Assembly: GCA_001797365.1 (NCBI GenBank)
Contig: MGPH01000063.1
Coordinates: 37,179 to 101,178 of the forward strand
Reading direction: 5' to 3'
From: Deltaproteobacteria bacterium GWA2_45_12
Lineage (GTDB): Bacteria; UBA10199
Length of the DNA: 64,000 nucleotides
Positions 1 through 9,848 of this stretch are shown piece by piece. Position 1 is the stretch's first letter, and each line of letters starts with the position of its first letter. Both the position numbers and the translations under genes were made by a program. Under the pieces are notes generated by a model, which worked only from the letters and a program-made list of their open reading frames with translations, had not been told where the DNA came from and searched no databases.

Positions 1-1536
1 GTGATGAAAATGATTCGAGCCATGGAGCACTTCCGGCACTCCCAAAAATCCACCGAGGATGGCAAGGAGCCCAAGAATGGCTACAGGGGCATCCATGATC
101 CAGGGAACCTGACTTGAATGATGTTCCTCATGGTGGTCATGAGAATTGTGCGTTTTTCTTTCATGCCCCAAAAACACATATACAAAAAGACGGAACATGT
201 AAAAAGCCGTTAACCCCGCCGCCACAAGGCTTGTAACATACATCCACAAAGGGGCATGCAAATAAACATTCAATAAGATTTCATCCTTGCTGAAAAAACC
301 GGCAAAGGGCGGAATGCCTGCAATGGCCAAGGTTGAAACCAGAAAGGCAAAAGCGGTGACGGGCACTTTTTTGAAAAGCCCTCCCATGTTTCGAATGTCC
401 TGCTCATGGTGCATGGCATAGATGACACTGCCGGCCCCCAAGAATAAACAGGCCTTGAAAAAAGCATGGGTCACTACATGGAACAAGGCCGCTTGAGGGG
501 CCCCCACACCCAGGGCCAAAAACATATAGCCCAATTGCGACACGGTTGAATAGGCCAACACTTTTTTAATGTCGTATTGGGTGATCGCAATAAGAGCGGC
601 TAAAACAGCCGTGGCCAAACCAACGAGGGCAATAATATGCAGAGTCAGGGGCGCCATGTGAAAAAGGAAAAAGAGGCGCGCCACCATGTAAATACCTGCT
701 GTCACCATGGTCGCTGCATGGATAAGGGCTGAAACAGGAGTGGGCCCGGCCATGGCATCGGGCAACCAAATATAAAGGGGAATTTGCGCCGACTTGCCGG
801 TGGCACCCACAAAAAAACAAAGGGTCATCACCGTGGCAATGGGTAAAAACCATTCCTGATGAGAAATGAGAAAAGAATAACTAAGGTAGAGAGGCGCTTC
901 ACCGGTATTTTGGGTGACACAGGTTTTAACCAAATAAAACAAGCCAACCAAAAAACCAAAATCGCCGATACGGTTGACCACAAAAGCTTTTTTGCCCGCC
1001 TTGGCTTTTTCGGCATCCGTAAACCAAAATCCGATTAAAAAGTAGGAACACAACCCCACACCTTCCCACCCAACAAACAGAACCAATAAATTATCTCCCA
1101 ACACCAAAAGCAGCATGAAGAACAAGAACAAATTCAAATAGGCCAGATAACGGGAATAAGACACATCTCCCTTCATGTAGCCCACTGAATAATAATGAAT
1201 GAGCGAACCAACCCCCGTCACCACAAGAACCATCACGGCCGAGAGATGATCAAAGACAAAAGAAAAAGGAATTTGAATCAGGGATGTTGAAATCCAGGAA
1301 AACAAAGGCTCTGGTTGAAGAACTCCATTTTCCGGAAGACCTTTTAAAATACAGAAGGCCCAGAGCGCAATCCCGAAAGACAAAGTGGGCATGGCACAAG
1401 CAACAACCGAAGAAATAATTTCGGGAAAACCTTTGCCACGACGGGCTGCCCCCATGGACAAAAGGGCATTCACCACAAATCCCAAAAGCGGGAACGCGGG
1501 AATAAGGTAAAGGTATGTGTTCGAAAATGAAATCAT
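1..1536 (-). CDS. nuoL: NADH-quinone oxidoreductase subunit L (3' end runs off window)
   Basis: Not in the ORF track because no stop lies in the window. Manual translation from ATG at 1536 gives MISFSNTYLYLIPAFPLLGFVVNA...DHLSAVMVLVVTGVGSLIHYYSVGYM...LFVGWEGVGLCSYFLIGFWF...KKAFVVNRIGD, the NuoL signature. Follows nuoK. Confidence 0.95.
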   Translation of the reverse strand, partial: MISFSNTYLYLIPAFPLLGFVVNALLSMGAARRGKGFPEIISSVVACAMPTLSFGIALWAFCILKGLPENGVLQPEPLFSWISTSLIQIPFSFVFDHLSAVMVLVVTGVGSLIHYYSVGYMKGDVSYSRYLAYLNLFLFFMLLLVLGDNLLVLFVGWEGVGLCSYFLIGFWFTDAEKAKAGKKAFVVNRIGDFGFLVGLFYLVKTCVTQNTGEAPLYLSYSFLISHQEWFLPIATVMTLCFFVGATGKSAQIPLYIWLPDAMAGPTPVSALIHAATMVTAGIYMVARLFFLFHMAPLTLHIIALVGLATAVLAALIAITQYDIKKVLAYSTVSQLGYMFLALGVGAPQAALFHVVTHAFFKACLFLGAGSVIYAMHHEQDIRNMGGLFKKVPVTAFAFLVSTLAIAGIPPFAGFFSKDEILLNVYLHAPLWMYVTSLVAAGLTAFYMFRLFVYVFLGHERKTHNSHDHHEEHHSSQVPWIMDAPVAILGLLAILGGFLGVPEVLHGSNHFHH

Positions 1537-1625
1537 AATGACAATATCAGCAAGATTTTTATTAACGCCTCGAATGTAGAGCTTGCCATTGCACCCTTCC
1601 GCAATCCGCATTCCGCAATTCTCCC

Positions 1626-1928
1626 CTACCCCCCCATCACCTTCCAGTCGGCGGCATTGACTGTCTGGCGATGACGATACAAAACAAGCAAAATTCCCAA
1701 ACCGACAGCCGCTTCGGCAGCCGCCACGGCCATGACAAAAAACGTGACCACATGAGCATCCATTTGGCCGTAGTAACGGGCAAAAGCCACAAAGGCCAGG
1801 TTGGCCGAATTAAGCAATACTTCAATGCACATAAGAATGATCAAAAGATTGCGACGGATCATCAGCCCCACAAGGCCCAAGCCAAACAAAACAGCAGAGA
1901 GTGCAAGATAATGATAAAGTGTGATCAT
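1626..1928 (-). CDS. nuoK: NADH-quinone oxidoreductase subunit K
   Basis: 100 aa, three TM helices, RRNLLIILMCIEVLLNSANL and AVAAAEAAVGL motifs. Confidence 0.97.
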   Translation of the reverse strand: MITLYHYLALSAVLFGLGLVGLMIRRNLLIILMCIEVLLNSANLAFVAFARYYGQMDAHVVTFFVMAVAAAEAAVGLGILLVLYRHRQTVNAADWKVMGG

Positions 1929-2425
1929 GATTTTTCTTTCTTCCCCAAAACCACCACACCCACAAGAGCCACAAGCAAGGTCACCGAAATAAGCTCAAAG
2001 GGAATCATGTATTTTCCGAAAATAAGACGCCCTACTTCCTCGGGCGAACCAAAATGAGGATCAACCGGTTGAAAAGCCAAAAGAGGAATGTGTCTTAAGA
2101 CCTGAATCACCACGACGACAAAGAAGACACCAATGCCACCCAAAAGAAGATTTTTGGCATTCCAACGATCCACAACCAAATCTTCAGGACGAAGCCTTAA
2201 CATCATGATGACAAACACAAACAAAACCATGATGGCCCCGGCATAAACCAACACCTGCATGATGGCCACAAAGGGGGCATGAAGCAAAACATAAAGGGCC
2301 GACAATGCAAAAAAGGCAAACACCAAGCACATGGCCGAAGCAATGGGGTTATTGTTTATGATCATCAAAAGGATGGCCACAACAGTGATGGCTGCAAAAA
2401 TGTAAAAGAAAAATTGTTCACCCAT
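1925..2425 (-). CDS. nuoJ: NADH-quinone oxidoreductase subunit J
   Basis: NNNPIASAMCL, QVLVYAGAIMVLFVFVIMML, PFELISVTLLVALVG motifs. Confidence 0.96.
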   Translation of the reverse strand: MGEQFFFYIFAAITVVAILLMIINNNPIASAMCLVFAFFALSALYVLLHAPFVAIMQVLVYAGAIMVLFVFVIMMLRLRPEDLVVDRWNAKNLLLGGIGVFFVVVVIQVLRHIPLLAFQPVDPHFGSPEEVGRLIFGKYMIPFELISVTLLVALVGVVVLGKKEKS

Positions 2426-2455
2426 ATTAATTAAGGACGATCATGAAGATCGCCC

Positions 2456-3700
2456 CTACACCCATAATAAAGCAACGCTGTAAACCAAAAGGTTCACCAT
2501 ACCCAGGGGCACCATGATTTTCCAACCCAAGTGCATCACCTGATCATACCGAAACCGCGGCAATGTCCACCGCACCCAAATAAAAAACCAGCAACAAAAC
2601 AAAACCTTTCCCAAAAAAACACTAAACTGCACAAAAGCTGCAAAAATCTGGCTCCCCAAAGCGCCCAAATCAAAGGCTCCATGTAACAAAGCCAAAAGCG
2701 CCAATCCCAAGCCCACAATGCTTAAGGGAACACCCAATACCAACACTTCAAAATCGCGCCGGTCGCCGTATTTTCCTTTTTTGAATTTGCTCACCAAAAA
2801 CAGGCCCAAAAGCATGAAGAGAATTCCATTTCCCATGATTAGGATAAAGAGACCCATCTCGGCATTTTCTCTTAATAAAGAAGTGGGCAGAAAAGGAACC
2901 TGCCATCCCCCAAAAAATAAAAGGACAATCAAGGCGGAGGCGATGATCATGTGCGCATATTCGGCCATAAAAAACATGGCAAACTTCATGGAGCTATATT
3001 CAACATGGTACCCTACAATTTCGGATTCACCTTCCGGCAAATCAAAGGGCAAACGATTTGTCTCGGCAAAAGCGGCTGTCACAAAGATAAGACAGGCTAG
3101 CGGCATGCGGATAAAATTCCAATACAAGGGATTTGCGGTCTGGTTCAAGGATAAAATATTCAAATCAAGGGACCCCCCCATCAAAACCACTGAAAGAAGA
3201 GCCAACCCCATCGATATTTCATAACTACACATTTGAGCCGATGAACGAAGCCCACCCAAAAGGGCATATTTATTATTGGCCGACCAACCTGCCAGCATCA
3301 CTCCAAAAACTCCCAAAGAGCTCATCGCCAAAATATAAAGAATACCCACATCCAAATGAGCTGCTTGCAAATAAAAAGGAGCCCCATCAATGACCAAGGG
3401 TTCCCCAAAAGGAATGACGGCAAATGTGATGCAGGCGACCGTCAGGGCCATGAAAGGAGCCATGGTATAGTAAGGTCGGCTTACATGAGTGGGTGTAATG
3501 TCTTCCTTGGTCATCAGCTTGACCACATCTGCCAAGGCATGGAGCACGCCACCCAAGCGCAATCCAAAAATGGAAGCGCGATTGGGACCAGGGCGATCTT
3601 GAATATAGGCACAACCTTTTCGTTCCAGCCAAATGAGAAGAGGAATAATGTTAAAGATAATAAGAAACGGTATCAGAATTTTGAGAATGATCGTAAGCAT
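2456..3700 (-). CDS. nuoH: NADH-quinone oxidoreductase subunit H (extended, 414 aa)
   Basis: ERKGCAYIQDRPGPNR, GGLRSSAQMCSYE, AETNRLPFDLPEGESE, RWTLPRFRYDQVM motifs. Confidence 0.97.
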   Translation of the reverse strand: MLTIILKILIPFLIIFNIIPLLIWLERKGCAYIQDRPGPNRASIFGLRLGGVLHALADVVKLMTKEDITPTHVSRPYYTMAPFMALTVACITFAVIPFGEPLVIDGAPFYLQAAHLDVGILYILAMSSLGVFGVMLAGWSANNKYALLGGLRSSAQMCSYEISMGLALLSVVLMGGSLDLNILSLNQTANPLYWNFIRMPLACLIFVTAAFAETNRLPFDLPEGESEIVGYHVEYSSMKFAMFFMAEYAHMIIASALIVLLFFGGWQVPFLPTSLLRENAEMGLFILIMGNGILFMLLGLFLVSKFKKGKYGDRRDFEVLVLGVPLSIVGLGLALLALLHGAFDLGALGSQIFAAFVQFSVFLGKVLFCCWFFIWVRWTLPRFRYDQVMHLGWKIMVPLGMVNLLVYSVALLWV

Positions 3701-3713
3701 CTTTTTTTAGTCA

Positions 3714-5135
3714 CTAGTTACTAGCCAACATGTGCTGCAAAACAACAAGCGAGTCTCTCAACAATCTTGACTCTCCTTTAGGTTCAAAAGCTTTGGTTAT
3801 TTCCTGAACACGCCCATCCACATTGGTAAAATTTCCCCCTTGTTCGGCAAACGTGGGAACGGGTAATACCACGCGGGTCTTGGAAACAACATCGGATTCA
3901 TTGGAAGCCCATAAAGCTAATAGAGGAATTTTCTTTCCCATCAAATGAGCCAAATCCTTTCTGGAAAGATTGTTTAAAACCAGGATGCCCTTTGCCTCCG
4001 CAAGCTCTGTGACTGGCTTAAATCCCAAACGATTTATCTCCGCCTGGTTCGCATTTTTATCCGGTGTTATCAAAATAGAATCCTGCGTGGGATGATCTAC
4101 CTCATTTTTGCTGTAATAAAGTTTGTCTGTTTTTAAGACCTTCACGGCAAATTCATGGAAAGATTTCAGGTTTTCGGCTGTTTGGCCCGCATGGGCCACA
4201 ACAGCGATCTGGGCTGTATTGACACCCTTAAGAAGATCAATCACTTCAGTTAAGGCCTGTTCATACGAGATTTCCTGGGATTCCCCTTCCGTCACAAGCA
4301 AGGGCCTTAAAATTCTTTTTTGATTGATGAATTCAAAACCATAACGGCCTTCATCGCACATCCAGTATTTGTTCACATCCGGATTAAAACGGGGGCGTAG
4401 CCGATAAACAACCGAATCCGCATGGTCAATCCAGACATTGCAACCACGCGAGCATCCGGTGCACACTGACGGGGTTGATTTTAAAAACCATACACGTTTT
4501 TTGAAACGGAATTTCTTGTTGGTTAAAGCCCCCACGGGACAAACATCCACCACATTGCCTGCATACGGGTTTGAAAGCTCCTTGCCTGGAAAAGTGGTGA
4601 TCGTGACATGATCCCCCCGATTGGCCAAAGCCAGCTCATCAACGCCCGCCACTTCCTGACATGTACGAATGCAACGGGTACAAGCCACACAACGCTCTTG
4701 GTCCAGCATGACATTCGCCCCAAGATTGATCATTTTATTTTTATGAATCTTTTCTTCCTTGAATCGGGAAGGAATTTCGTCGTACTGCATGTAGTAATCT
4801 TGCAGGCGGCATTCACCGGCCTGATCACAGGTGGGGCAATCAAGGGGATGGTTGATCAGCAAAAATTCCATGACCGAACGGCGCATCTTGACCACTTTTT
4901 CAGTCTGGGTCTTGACCACCATGCCTTCGGCCACACGCGTACTGCAAGCGATCATGGGTTTGGGGGCTTTTTCAACTTCCACCAAACACATGCGGCAGTT
5001 ACCATCGATGGACAAACCCGGATGGTAGCAATAATGCGGAATATTAATCCCCACCTTCTCGGCCGCTTGTATGATCGTTTCGCCGGTCTCGGCGGCGATT
5101 TCTTTTCCATCGATTGTTAATTTAATGGATGCCAT
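3714..5135 (-). CDS. nuoG: NADH-quinone oxidoreductase subunit G (short, 473 aa)
   Basis: HYCYHPGLSIDGNCRMCLV (2Fe-2S), NHPLDCPTCDQAGEC, CVACTRC...CPVG, CTGCSRGC...MCDEGR. Confidence 0.93.
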   Translation of the reverse strand: MASIKLTIDGKEIAAETGETIIQAAEKVGINIPHYCYHPGLSIDGNCRMCLVEVEKAPKPMIACSTRVAEGMVVKTQTEKVVKMRRSVMEFLLINHPLDCPTCDQAGECRLQDYYMQYDEIPSRFKEEKIHKNKMINLGANVMLDQERCVACTRCIRTCQEVAGVDELALANRGDHVTITTFPGKELSNPYAGNVVDVCPVGALTNKKFRFKKRVWFLKSTPSVCTGCSRGCNVWIDHADSVVYRLRPRFNPDVNKYWMCDEGRYGFEFINQKRILRPLLVTEGESQEISYEQALTEVIDLLKGVNTAQIAVVAHAGQTAENLKSFHEFAVKVLKTDKLYYSKNEVDHPTQDSILITPDKNANQAEINRLGFKPVTELAEAKGILVLNNLSRKDLAHLMGKKIPLLALWASNESDVVSKTRVVLPVPTFAEQGGNFTNVDGRVQEITKAFEPKGESRLLRDSLVVLQHMLASN

Positions 5136-6412
5136 TACAAAATCCTCACCTTCGGGGCACTGCGTTGAAAATTCTCCTTAAGGTGTTTTTTGAATTCCTC
5201 GGGGAATTTTTTCATATAACTATTAATCGGCATTGCAATAGAATCGGCCAGCACACAAATTGTTTTTCCGGCCATGTTGTCGCCAATTTCATTAAGCAAG
5301 GCATAATCCTCTTTATCCGCCCCTTCCCTTAAAACACGTTCCAAAATCTTGTCGATCCAGCCTGTTCCCTCACGACACGGCGTACACTGACCGCACGATT
5401 CATGGGCATAAAAACGGGCCAGATTTTTTAACGCCCAAACCAGATCAACATCTTCATCCATGACAATGGCTCCGCCGGAACCAAGCATGGAACCATGAGC
5501 CACGACCGATTCGTAATCGAGGTTAACTGTTTCAACATCCTGGGCGTTAAGAATGGGAACCGAGGAACCTCCCGGAATCACGGCTTTCATTTTTTTTCCG
5601 TTAAGGATGCCCCCGCAGTCCTTGTAAATGAGGTCTTTTAGGGGATATCCCAGGGGAACTTCATAAACACCAGGCTTGACCACATGCCCGGACACTGAAA
5701 ATAATTTTGTCCCGGGTGATTTTTCAGTTCCCAACCGGCGATAACCGGCGGCTCCAAACTGAAGGATGAAAGGAACAGCCGATAGGGTTTCGACATTGTT
5801 AATAACCGTGGGGCATCCAAACAAACCCACTTCGGCAGGAAATGGTGGCTTGATGCGGGGTTGCCCCTTGTTCCCCTCAAGCGATTCCAGAAGGGCTGTT
5901 TCTTCCCCGCAAATATAAGCCCCGGCTCCACGATGCACCGTGACATCCAAGGCATAACCCTTTCCAAAAATATTTTTCCCCAAATAACCCTTGGCATAGG
6001 CTTCCTTGACCGCATCGCGCATACGACGATAGGGCAGATCAAATTCTCCGCGAAGATAAATGTAACAAGCATGGCTCCCAATGGCATAGCAGGCAATGAT
6101 GACCCCTTCGATGAGTTGATGGGGATCGGTTTCCAACAGAAGCCTGTCTTTAAAAGTGCCTGGTTCAGATTCATCACCATTGACGCACAAATATTTGGGT
6201 TTATCGTTTTTGGGGACAAAACTCCATTTAAGCCCCGCGCCAAAACCGGCTCCTCCGCGCCCCCGCAACCCGGAAGCTTTCACCTCGTCGATCACCTGGG
6301 CCGGTGTCATTGAAAAAAGTTTTTCTATTAAGCCATATCCACCCGTACGTTCATACACGGCCAGTGTATGGGAATCAGCAATATTTCTTCTGTTTGTAAG
6401 AACAAGGGTCAT
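5135..6412 (-). CDS. nuoF: NADH-quinone oxidoreductase subunit F
   Basis: SGLRGRGGAGF, NGDESEPGTFKDR, GAGAYICGEETALLESLEG, ESCGQCTPCREG. Confidence 0.98.
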   Translation of the reverse strand: MTLVLTNRRNIADSHTLAVYERTGGYGLIEKLFSMTPAQVIDEVKASGLRGRGGAGFGAGLKWSFVPKNDKPKYLCVNGDESEPGTFKDRLLLETDPHQLIEGVIIACYAIGSHACYIYLRGEFDLPYRRMRDAVKEAYAKGYLGKNIFGKGYALDVTVHRGAGAYICGEETALLESLEGNKGQPRIKPPFPAEVGLFGCPTVINNVETLSAVPFILQFGAAGYRRLGTEKSPGTKLFSVSGHVVKPGVYEVPLGYPLKDLIYKDCGGILNGKKMKAVIPGGSSVPILNAQDVETVNLDYESVVAHGSMLGSGGAIVMDEDVDLVWALKNLARFYAHESCGQCTPCREGTGWIDKILERVLREGADKEDYALLNEIGDNMAGKTICVLADSIAMPINSYMKKFPEEFKKHLKENFQRSAPKVRIL

Positions 6413-6882
6413 TTTAATGTTGCCAAAATCTCATCCACCTTTTTGGGATTAAGGCTTTCGTGATATTTTTCGTTAATCATCATGGCCGGGCCTGTGCCAC
6501 AACTGGCCAGACATTCCACCGTGCACAATGAAAACTTTCCATCCTTGGTCGTTTGACCTTCCTCGATTCTTAATTTTTGCTTGAGATGGTCCAGGATATT
6601 TTCCGAGCCCACCAAGGCACACGAAAGCGTCCGGCAAACCTGAAGATGATATTTCCCCACCGGTTTTTGGTGGAACATGGTGTAAAAAGTCACCACGCTA
6701 TACACATGCACCGGCGAGATATCCAGAAGGCCGGCCACTGCCTCCATGGCTTCTTTGGAAATAACGCCTTCCTGTTCCTGCACCAGCCACAAAATAGGCA
6801 GCAACGCCGCTTTTTTATTGGGATAGCAAGCCAAAATCTCGGCAAATTTCTTCTTGTTCTGTTCAGTAAAAATAAAAGGCAT
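6409..6882 (-). CDS. nuoE: NADH-quinone oxidoreductase subunit E
   Basis: Start moved to ATG 6882 (MPFIFTEQ). VCRTLSCAL...ECLASCGTGP 2Fe-2S motif. The track extension to 7011 reads through a repeat element. Confidence 0.95.
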   Translation of the reverse strand: MPFIFTEQNKKKFAEILACYPNKKAALLPILWLVQEQEGVISKEAMEAVAGLLDISPVHVYSVVTFYTMFHQKPVGKYHLQVCRTLSCALVGSENILDHLKQKLRIEEGQTTKDGKFSLCTVECLASCGTGPAMMINEKYHESLNPKKVDEILATLK

Positions 6883-6900
6883 ATAAAAAATTATATCACC

Positions 6901-6969
6901 TCGACTCCGCTCGGTGACCACTCTTTCGGTTCCTGGGTGACCACTCTTTCGGTTCCTGAGCGAAGTCGA
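6901..6969. repeat. REP-like palindrome (TCGACTCCGCTC...GAGCGAAGTCGA) with an internal exact 23-bp tandem duplication
   Basis: Inverted arms at 6901-6912 and 6958-6969; GGTGACCACTCTTTCGGTTCCTG occurs twice (6913-6935, 6936-6958). Confidence 0.85.
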
Positions 6970-6985
6970 AGGACCGATCCTGCCA

Positions 6986-8176
6986 TTATCTATCCAACTC
7001 CCCCGCCACAATATTCAGGGTGCCGATAATAGCCACGGCATCGGCAATCATTTCCCCTTTAATGATTTCCTCAAAGGCCGCAAACAAAGGAAAGCAGGGA
7101 GGACGCACCTTAATACGGTAAGGGGACATCGACCCATCACTGATAATATAAAAACCAAGTTCCCCATTGGCCGCTTCAGTCGCGTCATAAACTTCGCCAC
7201 GTGGGGGAAGAATGCCATGCATGATCAACTTAAAATGGTTCATCAAACCCTCAATACTACCGTAAACCTCTTCTTTGGAAGGCAGGGCCACGCGGGCATC
7301 ATCACTCATCACCGGCCCCCCCGGAATTTTGGCCATGGCCTGGCTTACAATACGGGCACTCTGATAAATTTCTTCAATGCGCACCATGATACGGTCGTAG
7401 GTGTCCCCGTTCTCGGCAATAGGTACGTCAAAATCAAACTCATTATAATAGTAATAAGGTTCTGCTTTTCGTAAATCATGGGCCACACCACTTGCCCGCA
7501 GACAGGGCCCGGTAAAACCCCAATCGATGGCCTGGCTTGCTGACACACGCCCTATGTCCACGGTACGATCGACCAAAATACGGTTATTCTGGATAAGCCC
7601 CATCACATCTTTGACTGCCACTTCCACTTCTTTAAGGACCACTTTTAACTCATCAAAAAAAGTAGGGTAAACATCGCGAGCCAACCCGCCAATGCGCGTG
7701 TAAGCATAGGTCAAACGAGCCCCTGCCACCTTTTCAATGAGCGTATAGATTTTTTCGCGCATGTTAAAAAAGAACCAGAAATTGGTCAGGGCCCCAATGT
7801 CCACAAGATTGGTTCCAATGCAGACAAAATGATCCATGATGCGCGAAAGCTCGCACATGATCACACGGATAAATATGGCCCTGTCAGGAATTTTTAACTG
7901 CAGAAGTTTTTCGACAGCTTTGCAATACCCCACATTGTTCATCAGGGCGGAACAATAATTGAGGCGATCGGTATAGGGAATCACCTGTTGGTATGTGGAA
8001 TGCTCACTATGCTTTTCAAAACAGCGATGCAGGTACCCCATTTCGCTGGCCGCATGCACAATCACTTCACCATCCAATTCAACCTGCGTGCGCAACGCCC
8101 CATGCATGGCCGGATGCGATGGCCCGATATTAAGGGTCATGGTTGGGGTTTCAAAATCTTGTTTGGTTACTGCCAT
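6986..8176 (-). CDS. nuoD: NADH-quinone oxidoreductase subunit D
   Basis: Start moved to ATG 8176 (MAVTKQDFETPTMTLNIGPSHPAMHGALR). GYLHRCFEK, EAANGELG, NIVAGELDR C-terminus. Confidence 0.97.
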   Translation of the reverse strand: MAVTKQDFETPTMTLNIGPSHPAMHGALRTQVELDGEVIVHAASEMGYLHRCFEKHSEHSTYQQVIPYTDRLNYCSALMNNVGYCKAVEKLLQLKIPDRAIFIRVIMCELSRIMDHFVCIGTNLVDIGALTNFWFFFNMREKIYTLIEKVAGARLTYAYTRIGGLARDVYPTFFDELKVVLKEVEVAVKDVMGLIQNNRILVDRTVDIGRVSASQAIDWGFTGPCLRASGVAHDLRKAEPYYYYNEFDFDVPIAENGDTYDRIMVRIEEIYQSARIVSQAMAKIPGGPVMSDDARVALPSKEEVYGSIEGLMNHFKLIMHGILPPRGEVYDATEAANGELGFYIISDGSMSPYRIKVRPPCFPLFAAFEEIIKGEMIADAVAIIGTLNIVAGELDR

Positions 8177-8183
8177 ATTTTTT

Positions 8184-8248
8184 GGACGTATTGTCCCGCG
8201 ACGGGATGCCTTTGGCACAATACGCCCGTACAGTATCGTCGCCCCTAC
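8184..8248. repeat. GTAG-type REP element (degenerate)
   Basis: GGACGTATTGT...ACAATACGCCCGTAC hairpin followed by CGCCCCTAC, in the nuoC-nuoD gap. Confidence 0.65.
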
Positions 8249-8250
8249 CA

Positions 8251-8730
8251 TCACACAATATCCGTCAGTTCCGGTATGGGTTGTCTTTTTTCCAGGGGAT
8301 AATCCTTGCGCAGCGGATAGCCCACAAACGCTTCCCACATCAGAAGCCTTTTCAAATTGGGATGATTTTCAAAGGTAATGCCAAACATGTCATAGGCTTC
8401 CCGTTCAAACCAGTTTGCAGCACCCCAAAGAGCGTTTACTGAATGCACTGCCGGTTCTTTTTCTGAAACTTTTACCTTCACACGAATGCGGGCCAATTTT
8501 TTCAGGGAATATAAATGATAAACCACTTCAAAACGCGGTTCTCTTCCGATGTAATCAACACCGCACAAGTCCAGAAGCTGGTTAAAAGGGATTTCGTCAT
8601 TCTCCTTTAGGAACTTCATCACTTCAAACAAGGATGATTTTTCCACGACAATCGTGAGCATGCCATCATGGGCAACCTCTTGAGCAACACTTTGGGAGAA
8701 TTTATTTTTGATCGTTTCAATAAGAGCCAT
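8251..8730 (-). CDS. nuoC: NADH-quinone oxidoreductase subunit C
   Basis: LLDLCGVDY, RFEVVYHLYS, ANWFEREAYDMFGITFENHPNLKRLL, GYPLRKDYPL. Confidence 0.97.
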   Translation of the reverse strand: MALIETIKNKFSQSVAQEVAHDGMLTIVVEKSSLFEVMKFLKENDEIPFNQLLDLCGVDYIGREPRFEVVYHLYSLKKLARIRVKVKVSEKEPAVHSVNALWGAANWFEREAYDMFGITFENHPNLKRLLMWEAFVGYPLRKDYPLEKRQPIPELTDIV

Positions 8731-8737
8731 AATGAAA

Positions 8738-8786
8738 AACTCGGGGGTTTGCCCCCGAGTTCTTTATTTCGGCCCCAAGGGGCCGA
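8738..8786. other. Two tandem GC-rich hairpins in the nuoB-nuoC gap
   Basis: AACTCGGGGG-tttg-CCCCCGAGTT (8738-8761) and TCGGCCCC-aa-GGGGCCGA (8769-8786). Confidence 0.7.
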
Positions 8787-8801
8787 GTTTGAGTCGAAGG
8801 A

Positions 8802-9275
8802 TCAAGCCAATGCCTGACGCTTGTCGATTTTGTTCTGTATCATTATCACGGCATTCAAAATTTGTTCAGGCCTAGGAGGACAACCAGGCACATAGACATC
8901 CACGGGAATAATTTCATCAATGCCCTGAACCACACTATAATTATTGTAAAAACCGCCTGAAGAAGCACAGGCCCCCACGGCCACAACCCACTTGGGATCA
9001 CACATTTGATCGTAAATACGTTTAAGTACGGGCGCCTGTTTGTAATTGATGGTGCCCATCACCAAAAGAAGATCGGATTGACGCGGTGAAAATCGCACAA
9101 CCTCGGCCCCAAAACGCGCGATGTCATAGGCACTGGAAACCGTCCCCATAAATTCAATGGCACAACAGGCAGTCCCATAGGGCAGGGGCCAAAGCGAATA
9201 CTTACGGCCCCAATTAACCACATCATCCACGCGCGTGGTCAAAACATTATCTCCAAAAAAATTTTTAGCGTCCAT
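8802..9275 (-). CDS. nuoB: NADH-quinone oxidoreductase subunit B
   Basis: [36 protein letters not shown]. Confidence 0.98.
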   Translation of the reverse strand: MDAKNFFGDNVLTTRVDDVVNWGRKYSLWPLPYGTACCAIEFMGTVSSAYDIARFGAEVVRFSPRQSDLLLVMGTINYKQAPVLKRIYDQMCDPKWVVAVGACASSGGFYNNYSVVQGIDEIIPVDVYVPGCPPRPEQILNAVIMIQNKIDKRQALA

Positions 9276-9666
9276 GGGCCCTCCTGCGCACGTTCCAATC
9301 GAGCGCGCCTTTTTTCCAGATGTATAAAAGCCCCAAGCTTAAAACCACCATGAAAACGCTCATTTCTACAAACATCGCCAAGCCCTGCCCTTCCGCAATC
9401 ATCTTTCTATAGAGAATGGCCCAGGGATATAAAAACACTGTTTCAATATCAAAAAGGATGAACACCATAGCCACCAATGAAAATTTAACATCGATGGGTG
9501 CACGAGCATCCCCTATCGGATTCAGTCCGCACTCGTAAGGAGTAAATTTGCCCGGGGTTTTGGATTTTTTTTTGGGACCAATAATGGCTGAAAGCCCTAA
9601 AAACAAGGCTGAAAACAGAATTCCAAGAAGCAGTACCAACAAAATGGGAAGATAAGGATGCTGCAT
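9265..9666 (-). CDS. nuoA: NADH-quinone oxidoreductase subunit A
   Basis: [28 protein letters not shown]. Confidence 0.97.
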   Translation of the reverse strand: MQHPYLPILLVLLLGILFSALFLGLSAIIGPKKKSKTPGKFTPYECGLNPIGDARAPIDVKFSLVAMVFILFDIETVFLYPWAILYRKMIAEGQGLAMFVEMSVFMVVLSLGLLYIWKKGALDWNVRRRAHGR

Positions 9667-9848
9667 AAATTGAAGTGCGGCACTTTTAGGGAATTTTCAT
9701 TAGGATGTCAATGCTTGTTACCAAATTACAACCTGATAATTATCAGGTTTTATCTTTTGCCCCAAAGTCATCAACACATTGTATTGCTATTCTTTTCATG
9801 ATAGCTGCATGGGCCATAAACTTCATAGCAAGAAAATTGGAGAAAAAA

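Noticed and set aside
6883-7011. N-terminal extension of NuoE, and likewise NuoD 8177-8338
   Set aside because: These read through REP elements and overlap the upstream genes; homologous starts are at 6882 and 8176.
9683-9711. Sigma70 promoter for the nuo operon (TTGACA-17-TAAAAG on the minus strand)
   Set aside because: Good -35 but weak -10; plausible, not supportable without TSS data.
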